Of a stretch of DNA of 64,000 nt, positions 37,218 to 51,173 are shown piece by piece; positions within the stretch are counted from its first letter, which is position 1, and each line of letters opens with the position of its first letter. Position numbers and translations under genes: made by a program. The notes beneath the pieces are model-generated. The model did not search any database. It had not been told where the DNA came from and was given only the letters and a program-made list of their open reading frames with translations. Origin of the DNA: Podarcis pityusensis (lineage: Eukaryota); NCBI GenBank assembly GCA_964106645.2, contig OZ067038.1; one strand, 5' to 3'.

Positions 37218-40200
37218 CAGTTTCATTACGAGTGGTGAGCTCACCACTTCATCCAGACAGGTTAGCTAAGTATTTAGTTTTTCTGTGACAGCTTGTGCCT
37301 CCAGCACATTTTAACCGTGGATTTGCACAAATGATGTTAGCCGCAATCCTGTGTGTATCCTGTCACTTCTTACGAAATACTGCATTTAGATGCGTTTCCC
37401 CCTAAGTCAGCTGGAGAAGGTGGGACTGATGGGCCCTTCCCTGTTATCCCACTTACCGTGTGATGCCTGAATGCCTAAAGAGAGCCTAAGTAAAGGGAAG
37501 CAAAACAGGAGGAGAAGAATTTCAACTGTAAACTCAACGTTACCTAAGTAAATGGGTGTTCTCAAACTTGAATTTACTGAGAATGCAGGAGTTGGACACT
37601 GAATTACCCCTTTCCAGTATCTGAATATCTTAAACACCAATCTGCTTTTCTGGCCTCTAAGCCTTGAAAAGAGATAAAAATGTTTCAAATGTTGTTGCAG
37701 GGACAACTCAGTGAGTGGAGAAAAGGTAGAGCATGTCTTGCCTGTCGCTTCTCCCTTGCAAACAACCTGGGAGATATTGTGTTTGCTTGTAATGTCTCTT
37801 CTGTGCCGCACAGCACAGCCTACATAGTAGGGACTGCTAACAAAGCAGTATTTGGGGTGACATAGACATGTTCTCTAGTAGCATTTCCTTTGGGTTGATT
37901 TGCGGAATTGTTTTTTCCCTTCTTTCCTTTCATGTTAAGGCTCAGAGTGGCCACTGTGTTTTGAGGTTGGGGAATAATTTTCTCCCCGGTGTAATTGGCC
38001 GGTTTGCTGTGGAGTTTGGGTGGCTTCAATTCTGGCTTGGCTCTGTTACTTGGCTCTGCTTACCCATCTTGTAGAATCAGAATAATATTAATGGGCAACC
38101 TTGCTGGGTTGCTGTGAAAATCAAAATTTACGGTGAAAGTCAAGCTCTTTGGAAATCACAGAACAGGCACAAATAATTATAAGTAGTAGTAGATTTGTAA
38201 GAAATTGTTGTTGTAGTGCCACTGCTATCTGTATGTTTTGTATTCTGTGATCTGGACCTCCCCATCTATCCTGGACTTTTCCTTTCATCTATCCAGAATG
38301 AGTCTGAATTTTTAAGTGATGGGAGTATGGAACACTGGCCTTTTATGCGTGAAGACTTGGCAGCAAGAAAATCAAGCCAGATTCATGCTGTAAGTCCCCA
38401 CGCCTCACCAGCACACTTAGAGCAACACAGAAGCAGTCAACACCTTGGAATATGGGGTGGAGGTAGAGGAAGAAGACAGAGTTTGTATGAGTCCTTTATC
38501 CAGTAGTTTAGAAATGGAAGCAAGTGAAGCGATCACCCTAAAATAGTAAGAGACCTACCTCCCAGACCACCCAGTGCTTCAAATGCTGGTCTTGGTTAAG
38601 CTCTGTGTCACATTTGTCCCAGTGCTAGCATTTTGGACGAACTTGCATGTAACTGACCCTTGTCTTACCTCTGCTTCAAAGAAGGGTCAATTAGGACAAG
38701 GGGTACTTTCAGGGAGAGGGGGGGAATTCCAGAGGTGAATAGTTTAGGGTCAGTTGTAGGATAACCTCTGGAAAAAGGTTATCCTGGGGTTAGTGCTTCG
38801 TATGAACTAGACATCAGATATTTAAGTTTTAAAGGGTTTCCTCTACACAAGCCATAAATCAGTTTGAAAGTTTGTATGGACCCCAAATTTGCTTAAAAAT
38901 AGTCTCAGCCAGGACTGCCTCGGTCTTTTTTTGAATTCGGGGCTGCGAGGGATAATGTTCCAAACCAGGTGGGATTTCCTGAAAACGTTTTGCACAACTG
39001 CCATAACGGCTGGACCAGGAAAGTTTGGAAGGAAGGAAGTGTAGGCGGTGGAAATATGAAATGGGCAGAGCATAGCCATATGAGGAAATGTAAAGGCCTT
39101 AGTTATGAGCTCTGTGATGGAAAGGATCTGAAGTCTGCATCCAAAAGAAGCTTATTTATCTGTTTTAACTCTAACATTCTTGTTAGGAAGGCAAAAATGT
39201 GAAATAGATACAGCTCTTTTTCAAAGTGGGGGGGCTGGCTGTGGTTGCATAATAACACTGTCCTATAATCTCATTCCAAACGTGTGGGTGCCTCTTAGGT
39301 TTCCTCAAATATTTTATGGACTGTTTTCAAAGATTTCTATAAAATCAAGCCAGCAATGTCTGCATCCTCTACCACATCAGTGAAAAGCTGCACCATGTTT
39401 CAAAGTCATGTAAAATCCACTTTATGGGAAGCATTTATATTTGACAAAGTATAAATTTAGCAGACCATTCCCCTGAGGTAAACATACTTCTGGTGAAACT
39501 CCACTAACGTCATATGATTACACCAGGCGTTCATTTGTCCTGGTGGACTAGGGTTGGCAAGCCGAAGAGCAGTTGGCCAGTGCTATCCTCATATGCACCA
39601 GACACAGAGAATGGATTCAGATGACTCTTTATTTCACATTGCAATGTAGTTTCTCCACATACCATGTGGCATGTGGCAGAAACATGCAAGCCAGGTTCTT
39701 CAGTGAGGTACGACTCCATTGCTACCTCATGACTCGACAAACTTCTTATCCAAAGCATGTGTGATGACATTGGAGAGAATGGGTTTGCTAAAGCAACTGA
39801 ACTTCATGTGGGCATGAACTGTGTGGGCAGGTCCATAGTTTGACCTGGTTTGAGGGGCATGCTCAAACCACAGTTTGCCAGTTGGAATACACATGCTCCT
39901 GCTATCTGAACAAAATGCGTTCTCAGGAAATCGTCTGTTAGGCAAATGTTTGCATAATGAGTCGACGATTTCCATTGATTCCTATGGTGAAATATCTAAT
40001 CCGTTCTCAACCATGCAACTTTGACCCTAAAATGATGGAAAAAAACAGGGAAAGCCCCTGAAACCTTGTAAAAGGCAATCTAGGAAAGGGGGGGGGAATG
40101 CTCTCTTACTTGTTTGATCTCTCCCTCACTTCCCTACTCCCTCCCACCATAGTTTCTGGTGAAATGGCTACCATGGACCAGCAAAACACAAAAAGGAAGG

Positions 40201-41299
40201 CTTGTTTAAGGCTGCTTATTTGTTTACAGTATTACACATAGGTCCGCCTGCTTGGCTATCTGGTAAGTTTAATGATTTGATGAATTATGATCACATCTTG
40301 TTTCGCCCTCCTTGTATTGAAACATTATTTCAATTGGCTATACACAGACACAGATGTAATATCACAGGCCTCAATATCTGATAATGATCAGTAGGTATAG
40401 TCCACATATGGTATCAGTTTGGTGCTTATATAAGTAGTGCACAACCGGTTGGCTGTACACTGGTGAGCTTCCCATGAAGCCATTCCATGATACTTGGGCC
40501 ACAACTGAGAAGGACCTGCTGTTTCTCAATCAATTTTATCTCATGAATGGATGGGGGAGGGACACTTTAAAGGACTGAAAAGATGGTAAGGTGTCATATG
40601 GGCTTATGTTTATTTTGTGGCAAATACATTTTGAATAAGATGACAATTCAGCAAATTGATGGCATTTTGGTGTTCATTCTTGTGTTGGATGAAGATTTCA
40701 GGTCATTAGGTGGTTTCTTTGAATGAACATTTTTAGTATTTATATATCTGTATTGTTTTAATCTATTTTGAATTGTATGTTGTATCTATGTATTTCAGTG
40801 TTTTTCAAGTTGCTTTGAGTCTCCTATTGGATGTGTGAAGCGATATATAGATTTAATAAATTAAACTTCAGCATTTATAATAATCTTTGTCAGCCAAGTG
40901 GTGGGGGGAAATATAAAAATAGTGGGAAAGAAATGATTTTCATAGCTTCCTTTCCTGAAATAATAATAATATAAAAACAGGTTCCTCATTCTTCTTGACC
41001 ATGTACTGCAAACATCTGTAAACCAAATCTGTAAACTATACTCAGTTGGGAAAGAGTTTTATGAACAGCTGATGTGAGGCTGGAGAAGAGGCAACATATT
41101 AAACGATGCTTGAAGGGGGGGGGAATGCTTGCATTCCAATACAAGAACATCTGGCTTATTGCAACAAAAACGACTGTTTTGGTGTTTGCTGGAAGTGTTG
41201 TTTGCTGGAAGAAGTGCTCTAGGTTAGGTTATGGTTGTGGGTTTCCATAATACACACAATTTTGATGAAGCGAGTGGTGGAGTTTGGGCAGAATCTATT

Positions 41300-41800
41300 A
41301 GCGTGATGGACCACACTGAGCTGAATTAGGACTTAAGGCAAAAGAGGGAAGAGACTGCTGCTCCCACCCTTGAGGGGTGGCAAATTTGCCACATCCCAAC
41401 TCCTCAAGAAAGAAGACTCAGGGTGGTTTATGCCTCAGGAGGAGCTGGGAATGGCCCACTTGGGTTGTTGGGCCAATCAGGATGGGAGGTAAAACAGGCT
41501 TTATAATCTGGCTCCTCTCCTAATACTCCAATCTTCTTGTGCAGTGTCCTCCCCCCCTCCCTATGCAGTATGGGCTTTGCTAGTTGCCTCTTTGGGGGCT
41601 GGGTAGGATTTTTTTTGGGGGGGGGGCTACTGATTGACCTCTCCTTTTTTTGTCTCCTCCATAGTGCTGGGAGCCCTGTGACTGGAGTGGCATTTTTTGA
41701 TTGGTAATTGGCTTTTAGTCTGGGTAGCAGCCTTCTTTATGGATGTGTTGGCAAAAATATAGGACATCGAAGTGCAGCCTTTCCAAGACACTATATTGTT
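41300..41800 (+). mobile_element. Possible DIRS/LTR-type terminal repeat relic
   Basis: GC-richer block with CCAATCAG and TTTATAA; family not established. Confidence 0.3.
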
Positions 41801-42526
41801 TGAGATGTTCAGCCCAATTCAATCCATGTTTGTCCAGACATGAGTGCATTCACACAAATACGAAGCTTTAACTCAAGTAACTGGGCAGAATTGCAATCAC
41901 TGTTACTGTTGTCAGTGTCTCACCATAGGAACAACAAATGTTAGCATCAAATACGGAAGTTCCTTTTCTAAATTGGATTTTTCTCTGCTTTTTTATTATA
42001 GTTTTTTTTGGCATTTAAAAGTGCAACCAATCTGCATGCAAGTCATTGGACCATGGAGCATATTGAATACAATTGACAGCTTCCTTTGGCCTGAGAGGAA
42101 GTTAGAGGGGTCAATTAAGAAACCTGAAAGAGGATTTTTAACTGGGAATCAAAATCAGCCTCAGCATCTCTGACCTGCAGTATTGCAGGACTGCTGCAAA
42201 CTCTTCTCTCTCAGCATTGCCTAATCTGAAAAAGTGCCTAACAGTGAACTGCATTTAAGATTGTTGTATGCTGGTCTTTCTCTTAGCCCAACCTACAATG
42301 GATAACCTTGCATTGTAAACCACTCTCCAGACTTCATCCCAACCCCAAATCTCCAATAGGAGTTCAATACATCTGGACAACAATGAAGGGTTGTTGTTAA
42401 CTGCTGAGCCTGACCTGTAGTTTCCTCCCCAGTTCAGTTCTGTGGCATATTTACAAGTGCCACACAATGTTTGCTCTGCACCGGGAATAAATCAATCATT
42501 TAGTGTAAGCAGCATTGACATTTGGA

Positions 42527-42701
42527 TAGGGCTGCCATATGTCTGGAACTGACGTCCTGGGGGAATTTCCGAAAGGCGGTTCTTTGTCCTGGATCTTAGG
42601 CAAGTCAATTGAAAAATTGTGGTTTTTCTAAAGAAAAGCTCAACAGCTTTGGGATTTCCTTAAAAAACTCAACTACTTTTTGAAAGATGGTGGCAACCCT
42701 A
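42527..42701. mobile_element. hAT MITE
   Basis: TAGGGCTGCCA / TGGCAACCCTA TIRs with perfect 8-bp TSD CATTTGGA. Confidence 0.9.
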
Positions 42702-45363
42702 CATTTGGAACTCCCTGGCTATTGATTTTCTGGCTGTATTGTTTTCTGTGCCCGCTAAGAACATTGTTTTAGAATTGCTGGTGTATATGTGTGTCACCTA
42801 CATGTGTGTGTATTACATGTCTTTAATGTCTTCTTTTATTGGCATTTTTAATTAATATTTTAGATTGTCTTTCGTAAGGTGCTTACGGGCCTTTTGTTTG
42901 AGTAAGCACTATATACGGTAAATGTTGTTAAATAAAAAAGATGTAAATTAGATCGCTGCGCAAAAAGAACAATAGAAGCAGGTTTGCGGACTCTAAGGCA
43001 TATTTGGGACTGCTGGACTGCCTCTCTGGGACCCTGATGTGCGGAAGTAGTGTGCAGTTTGCATGCTGTCTGATTCCACCAAATATTGCAAAAGTATCCC
43101 ATGATCTCCTAGACAAGAGGAAGCCAAGCCCAGGTAAGCAGTGACCCTAGAATTTCTTACAATTCAGGGAACCAGGGAGCACATTACAATATTGTTGCCT
43201 TTACGTCAACATCTAACTCGTTCTAGTCCTGTTTTCATTTGCTGCACCAGGGGAACATTCTGTGTATTCGCCCTAGTCTAGAGGAACCCTGATGACGGTG
43301 ATGTGTATTTATAACAAGTGGGGAACAATGGAATAATATAACAGTAAAAATAAACAGGACAAAAAGAGAGCAATATGACACAATTAGAACATATACAATA
43401 TAATAAAATTACAGAAAACATAGAAACAATTCCAGTAAGGAACAAACTAATGAACAACTTCATCATAAAGCTAAACAACAATGAGGACAAATAGCATTTC
43501 TAGTTTGACCATATACCTGGTTTAACAGGATATCCAACTGGCTAAAACAGAGGTGAGAAATTTTGGCTCCACAGGCCAGATCCTTAGCAAGATCTTGCAG
43601 GCCAAATCTTACCGGTGGGTAGGCCACCTGCATGTCAGTCATATGATATCACAAAATTGACCAGTGGTTTGCCACATTCACCTGTCAAACCCCCTTATGT
43701 GGCTTTTCAAATCTCCCCATATTCCTGACCTCAGAGTTTTAAAGGATGAGTACATACAAAGTCCTTTAAACATCCAAGTGAGTAACTGGCCGAGGAGAAA
43801 GAAACCTGCATGGTACAGGTTTCTTTCTGCTGTTCCCCCAGCCAGTTGCTTGGCTGTTTGACAGACCAGGCAGGGTAGAGGAGGAAGAAACCTTGAGAGT
43901 TTGAGCAAGCGGTGGCAGGGGGAGAGGAGGAAGCAGCCTGTACAATGCAGGCTTCCTCCTCCTCCTCATCCCACTCAGATATTCAGACAGCCCCCACTGC
44001 AAGATTTTGGAGACTGCTTGAGCTGTTCCCCATTCCTGGACTGAAATAAGCACATGGTCGTAGCAACAGTTCTCACCCCATCTTTCAGCTGAGGCAGCCT
44101 GTTTTCTCCCCTCTTTCCACTCTGTGCCAGTAGACTCTTAATTTGTGAGTACAGTATGCTGCTAGTAGCGTCAATTGCACTGGATCCTATATGGCTTTTT
44201 TTTTTTTTTTTTGCCTTGCATAGCCGTTCACAGAGTTGGGGCCATGATTAGATTCCTTCCCAGTGCTTTGCTTAACTAGGGTTGGACTGTAAAAAGAGAA
44301 CACCCTTTCCCTTTCTTGTTAGAAGCAAGCTTTACGCTTTTAATATCAAACTGAAACACAATAAACTGTTTAAATGGCCTGCGACTGTTTTCAGTTCTCC
44401 TGCTTTTGTTTCTGTTTTTATAGTGTTTCATTAGTAACCTCTAGACAGCAAAAAATTTGCTCATGGCTGACAGACTTCCTCCCTTGGTGCTCATAAGTCA
44501 TCGCTGATTGGTCTGCCGGCCTTTCATCTCTGCTATGTTCAGATGAGACTTGCTACGAGGATGTGTTCATTTCCAGGTTTTGGGGGTTTGTGTGTGTTGC
44601 TTTCCTTACTATGGAAATATAAGTACCCTTTTACAGGCTCTGGTTGCTGTAGATGTGGAAGATGGTGTAGCATCTAGATCTTTGAGAAGATCCAGCTGCC
44701 AACTTTGTAATATTAAGATGTCAGCTTTTCCGTTTGAGTGTAGGCTCACTTTTGAAAGTGATACACCGAGAGCATTCACTTCTTACAGAGAGATAGAAAA
44801 CACGGGCACAAAAGGCAACTCTCTCTCCTTTCGCTTACATGCTGAAAAATAAGTTTTGCATTTCAGTCTGGGTCCTTGTGGAATTTATAATTTGGAGCAG
44901 TCGCTGAATTGTCTCAAGTGCCATGAAAGAAGATGGAGAAGCCAAGGTCAGATTAAGGTGGTTTGGGGTTCAGGTACATTCCCGAAACAGTCCCCCACAA
45001 GCAGAAGCCATGAAATAAGTTACCAAAAAGTATCTTTTGTGCTTTTTTAAAGACCAATGAATTCATTTGGGCATAACCTTTATGCTTCACACTTGTATAT
45101 GTGTAAGTAAAGCAAATCTAACCCTAACCTTTAAAAACCTCTAAGTCTCAGTGTCTTCCTACTCAAAGGAAGCTAAACCCTGGAGGCAGTGCACAGCACA
45201 TCTGAATTTGGGGGGTCAGTCTGGATGTTACCCTGGGTCCCTTGACTCCCTTCTAAACCTATAATTCTGTGCATGTTGGGTGGGGGTAGAATCTATAAGA
45301 TGAAACCAACCAAACCAGTTCCTTTGCTAAGTTAATGACTTTCACTGTCTAGTTAAATACCAC

Positions 45364-45540
45364 AGAGGGCCTTCTCAGCAGTGGCACCCTCCCTGTGGAA
45401 CACCCTCCCATCAGATGTTAAGGAAATGAACAACTATCTGCCTTTTAGAAAACATCTGAAGGCAGCCCTGTATCGGGAGGTTTTTGATGTTTACTATGTT
45501 TTTATATGTACTGTAAGTTGCCAATAATAATAATAATAAT
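45364..45540 (+). mobile_element. L2 3' fragment
   Basis: AGAGGGCCTTCTCAGCAGTGGCACCCTCCCTGTGGAAC...CTGAAGGCAGCCCTG, ending in (AAT)n. Confidence 0.85.
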
Positions 45541-48500
45541 ACCATTATTTAATTTATCCAAATAACTTGCTCTCTTGCCATGGAGACAAATGGGAGGGTC
45601 TTTCCTCACCTCACCTGGCTGGATTCCACTATCATTCTAGGAGGCAAAAGAGGCCAAGGTGGTCTGGGCACGGAGAGTTGTGTGTGAGAATTGGGCTGGT
45701 CCTGGCAACCAGAGGCACAGAGGCATGTCTTGCTTGCTGCTGAACCAAAGCTGTGGCTGGGTTTGGAGCTCCCCTAGAAACCGAACAGGGAAACAAGATC
45801 TCTTGGGGTGTTAATGCTGTGAGCCGCTCCATCCTATGCTCAGGTTGTTAACTTTCAACATATATCTCTGCTGACCTTCATTCCACGGAAACCCAACCAT
45901 GGGCAGAACGCAGAAACCCTTGGGAGTCTCCCTGGAGATTGAGGTAGGCACATTTTATGGCATTTGTGTGGGGGTTTCTTCTCCCACCCCTGCGTTTTGC
46001 TTGAAGGTTAAGAGGTAGTTAAATCAGGCGCGCAAACATTTCTCACCAGCTCACTCCTTGCTTGGTCCCTGCATGGCAGCTTTGCAAACATGATAGCACC
46101 CGGATTCCACTCGGTGAAGTGCAAAAATGCTCTGCTAATCAAGCCCATCTTACGTTTGTTTTGTTTTGTCTCAGCCCAATACGCGCCTTTCTCGTTTATG
46201 CTCTTTCCATCGTCTCCCATGGCTCGATGTCCTTTGCACTCTGGCCTGAGCTCTTTTTCTGCTCTCGGTCATTGGGGAAGAGATTTCCCATATGCTGCAA
46301 TGTCAGGACACTTCCTGAATATGGTTGGTTGTATGTGCTTGGCTGAGGTTGGTGGTTTCTGTGTAGGATTAAAAAAGATAAGAGTCCACAGGAGAGCATT
46401 TCGGAAGGGACAAAGTAGCAGAGTTCATAAAGGCCAGGTTGGGGTCATCAGCAGAGAGAGTCACTGGATTTGTTTAAATACAAAACAGCCACAGCCCTTA
46501 AATTTGCAGTTATCATTTTGCATAGCTGTGATTCTTAGTTGCCTCCGAAATTTCACCGTTATACTTTCCCTGTCTCTATCTTATTTAACAGCGAGTGCTT
46601 ATATTCCACTTGTTTTTATACAGAATGCCTCAGGGCTTATTTGTTTATTACATTTCTCCTGTCTTTCCTCTAAGGTGCTTCAGTTTTTCCTGCTCTTCTG
46701 TTTTATCATTACATCAGCCCTGTGAGGTAGGCTGATAGTTCCAAAATATCAGAAGCCCAACACACAGTCACTTAGAGCAGGGCTTTCAGTGTGGCTACCA
46801 CTGTTCTGTGAAACAGCATTCCTATTGAGATATGTCGGGCACCCAATAGCTGTACTTTCTGAAAATAAAGATATTTTTGTTTCAACAGGCTCATCCATCT
46901 GGGTGAAACTGGGTCTGCCATAAGTGTCCCTTTTATATTGTTTTCAAACTTGTCTCCAGTTAGCTTTGGTACTTCTTTGGTACAGTTTTTGAGACTATTT
47001 TAAAGTGTTTTATGATAAAGTGTTGTATGATATGTGTGTATTACATGTGTGCCAAAGGGATGTGAAAGGTGATTCATAAATCAAATAATTAAACAGAGTC
47101 AGAGTCTCAGTTGTGTTCTACACTCCTTGAGTTTTAGGGAAATGGTTTTAGTTGTGTCAGAAAAAAATAAAATGACAGCAACTGAAACTTAGTTTTCCAG
47201 TATCTTTTTGAGATGTTTATAGCTCAAAGGAACAGTCATGTGAGTATGACATGAGCCATGGGTTCAAGTCCTTAATATATAATGCGGTTTCCCAAGCCAT
47301 ATTGACATTGCAACTCAAATCAATACGTTAGATTCATTGAGTTACAAGATGCTTCAGAAGATTAAAGAGCCAAGTTTTCTTAATCTATTGACCATCAAAA
47401 ATGGCCACTTCTGGTTTGCTATTCACACCATCTGTTACCAGCAGATTGTATCTGTAGTTTTAGGACAGATTATTAACTGGTCTTTTGTAAGTGATGAGTG
47501 TGCAAAAGTCTATCTTTAAACACTGAGAAATGTCTTCGGCCATTGATTTCATTAGGTTCTTTTAGCAAAGCCGTAAGCAAGCATACCATATGAAGCTGTT
47601 TACAATTATTTCTCCCAGCTCCATGTGATACAAATCAAACAACCCCAAGGATACTGGATCAGAAGAGGGAATCTTTCAATTCAACAGAAAATTCTGAATT
47701 ATCATTTTCAGATTAGGCGTAGATTAAATATTTCGATAGTTTCTTTAGCTCTTGAAGCTGCTTCTTTTACACCAATGACTTTGGCAGCTCCATATAATCC
47801 CAGTCACTTTGCAGGATTCTCCTTTTCCTTCCTTAACATGCAGAGTTTGTGTGGAAAGTACAGTTGGGAGAATAATTTGTCAGCTCAGGATGCGTTGCTC
47901 ACATCTCCCCCTTTGTGATCTGCTAGCATTGAGTAAAGGAATAGAAACTAACATGAAAAGCCTGAGTGACCGATAAAAAAACAAACTCTTTAACTAATAG
48001 CTTTGAAGTTATGGTTTCAACATTCTCCTCCAGTGTTTGGAATGCAAATATTGCACAAGACGATGGCACTCAGAAAATGAAACTGCCCAGAAACAAAAGT
48101 GAAACTTTTTGTTGTGTGCAGCACTGCAAGTACAGAGACTGAAAGCTAAACTGTCTGTAAAGTGCGGCAGCAAAAAAAGCTGCCTAGCGAAAACTCCAAT
48201 TAATCTTAAATAATTTTTTAAAAGCAAATTTAATGCACTTTTTAAATGGTCAGGGATTTCTGCGCGTGATTAATCCATGAGGAGAAATATTGAGCTCTCT
48301 CATCTAGAACTGAAAATGCATCACCTTAACCATGTGCTTTCCCCATTTCATCCTCACAACAACCCTGTGAGGTAGGTTAGACTGGGAGATGGTGACTGGC
48401 CCGAGGCTGCCCAGTGAGCTTTAGGGCTTAGTGGTTATTCAAACCCAGGTCTCCCAGTCATTGTTCAACTTTCTAACCATTACACCACACTGACTCTCCA

Positions 48501-48769
48501 CACTGCAGGATAGGATCATGGCAACACTTACATACCATCCAACATTTGGAAACCCCAAACTGGGACACATGTCTCCTGGGCGGGTCATGTGACCTGCGCC
48601 TCAGTCTTGCCCTGTGCTTTTTAGAGACACAGCACAGTGTGAGAGCTCAAGAGACCATGGTACCCAAAATGTCCTTTGTGATCTCACATGAAAAAAACGG
48701 GATGTACTGTTTTTTTCTGGGGCACTTATCTTAATAGGGGCATTTAAATGAACACTACTCACTCATTGA

Positions 48770-49117
48770 GGGACGCGGGTGGCGCTGTCGGTTAAACCAC
48801 TGAGCCTAGGGCTTGCCGATCAGAAGGTCGGCGGTTCAAATCCCTGCTACGGGGTGAGCTCCCGATGCTCGGTCCCTGCTCCTGCCAACCCAGCAGTTCG
48901 AAAGCACAAAGTGCAAGTAGATAAATAGGTACTGCTCCGTCGGGAAGGTAAACGGCGTTTCCATGCGCTGCTCTGGTTTGCCAGAAGCGGCTTAGTCATG
49001 CTGGCCACATGACCCGGAAGCTGTACGCCGGCTCCCTCAGCCAATAAAGCGAGATGAGCGCCGCAACCCCCGAGTCGGCCACGACTGGACCTAATAGTCA
49101 GGGGTCCCTTTACCTTT
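48770..49117 (+). mobile_element. Sauria SINE, full length
   Basis: GGGACGCGGGTGGCGCTG head, TTTACCTTT tail and 14-bp TSD TACTCACTCATTGA. Confidence 0.96.
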
Positions 49118-50120
49118 TACTCACTCATTGAGGGGGTGAGGACGGCTGTGCCCATTGGCTCTGCCCCTTCAGTGCCAATGCAATGTTCCTTCCTTGATGG
49201 GCCTGCAATAACCATGCATTAGGCAAATGTGAGAAGAATCCTTATACAGATCTTGGACCAGTTGTGAACGTTGGTAGGGCCTATTCTACTGAATGACAGC
49301 ATGCGGCCTATATGGTGTGTGGCCTTTGGGGGCGCATGGCTGGTGGGAAATTAGCAGTGGGGATGGAGCTAACAACTCACCCACACATTCTTTTAATATA
49401 TGAGGGGATTTCTATAGGCTGTGTAGCTGGAACTGACAGACAATCAGCCATCTACAATGTTAGAACTGTCACATGTGGTGTTTTTCAACAGTGACCACAC
49501 ACACTGCAGGTTCCTTGCCATATTTTTGCATTTGAGCACTGATCCTGAGGTACAAGGTACATGCATGGTGCAGCTCGAGATTTTCACTGCCCCCACAGAA
49601 GATAACATTTATTTATTTAAGAAATACAAGTCATTTTTCAGCAGGACCCGAGGTAAAACGAAAGTAGAAGACAATGGTTCAGCGTGAATGAACAAAGAGA
49701 TCACACCCCGTTTTGAGGGAAATATATATGGTATTACTAAGGGAACAAAGGTTATCAACTAAGTTAAACATTAAGATATAAGCACATAAAAACATCCGTA
49801 GTCAAATATTGATGGACTAAGTGGCTCCATGATTAATATATGATATAAAGTCACATAAAGTCAAAAGATCTGAGGAAGCCTCCAGGGATCTGTGAGCAAA
49901 GCCTGCTGTAGCCTGGAATTGGATGTGTGGAGTGCAACTGATGGATTGCTGAACAGGACCCTGGAAGTCTGAGGACCTTGATGCCTGCCCATAAAAGCAA
50001 GCCCTGCTGTGGGCACCAAGCTGGCACCACCACCAATGTCACCAAAAGGGGCTGTTCCCTGGGGTCATCCCTAGCCGAAGTCACTGAGGTGTGTGCACCC
50101 CTATGAATTCTGATTAGCAT

Positions 50121-51173
50121 TGTAAGGTTAAACCCTAGAATAGGAGATTGGGTGAAGAGACTAGGGTGAAGTTAGCAGGTTCTATTGTGAGTTTGTTTGG
50201 GGCCTGGGTGGACTTCTGAGTGAAAGCCAGGAAGCTGAGAGGTGTTCAGCAGGGACGTATGTGAGTAGGAGGAAAGGGTTATCACAGAATCACAGAATTG
50301 TAGAGTTGGAAGGGACCCAAGGGTCATCTCATCCAACCCCCTGCAATGCACAAATCTCAGATGAAGCATCCCTGACAACTTCTGCTTAAAAACATCTAAG
50401 GAAGGAGAGTCCACAGTCTCCCGGGAGACCATTCCACTGTCAAACAGCTCTTACTGTCAGAAAACTCTTCCTGATGTTTAGTTGGAATCACCTTACTTGT
50501 AACTTGAAGTCATTGGTTTGAGTCCAGAGATTGTTCCCTCTTCCATGTGACAGGCCTTGAGATATTATATGATGGCTATCATATCTCCTCTCAGTCTCCT
50601 CTTTTCCAGGCTAAACATACTCAGCTCCTTCAACTGCTCCTCATAAGGCATAGTTTCCAGACCCATGCTCATCTTGGTTGCCCACCTCTGCACACATTCC
50701 AGCTTGTCAACATCCTTCTTAAATTGTGGTGCCCAGAATTGGACACAGTACTCCAAGTGTGGTGTGACCAAGGCATAATAGAGTGGTACTATTACTTCCT
50801 TTGATCTGTACACCATACTTCTGTTGATGCAGCCTAGAATAGCATTGGCTTGATTTCAGTGAGGCTTTTGACAAAGTCCTCCATGATATTCTTGTGAGGA
50901 AGCTGGTAAGATGTGGGCTGACTCATGTTAAGTTTGTGGTCTACCAAGACCCTTGCTCCTTTTCACATGTACTGCTAGTAAGCCATCTTCTGCTTCTGCA
51001 TCTGTCTCCATCTAGATACAGGTTGGATATATGTGTAAATAACCCATATATCATAAAAACACCACAGATTCCACAGTGCCTCATTGTCCCAAAAGGGAAC
51101 CCAGACCCTGGTAAGTGTGTCTGCAGACCCTGGGATCTCATACCACTCATGGAGATTGGGATGGCATATAACA
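50121..51173 (+). mobile_element. Solo LTR interrupted by CR1
   Basis: TGT...ACA termini, near-TSD AGCAT/ATCAT, and 3' part homologous to 3825-3965. Confidence 0.55.
50281..50985 (-). mobile_element. CR1 3' fragment with an internal inverted segment
   Basis: Minus [40 protein letters not shown]; tail (ATCACAGA)2. Confidence 0.93.

Noticed and set aside
42870-42935. GTGCTTAC...GTAAGCAC hairpin as a possible miRNA
   Set aside because: The stem is too short, and the context matches an L2/SINE 3'-terminal stem-loop with an AATAAA tail.
46090-46725. 211-aa ORF, and similar long ORFs at 13327-13977, 4905-5471 and 55258-55755
   Set aside because: No recognisable domains, and some run through repeats; consistent with chance ORFs in non-coding DNA.
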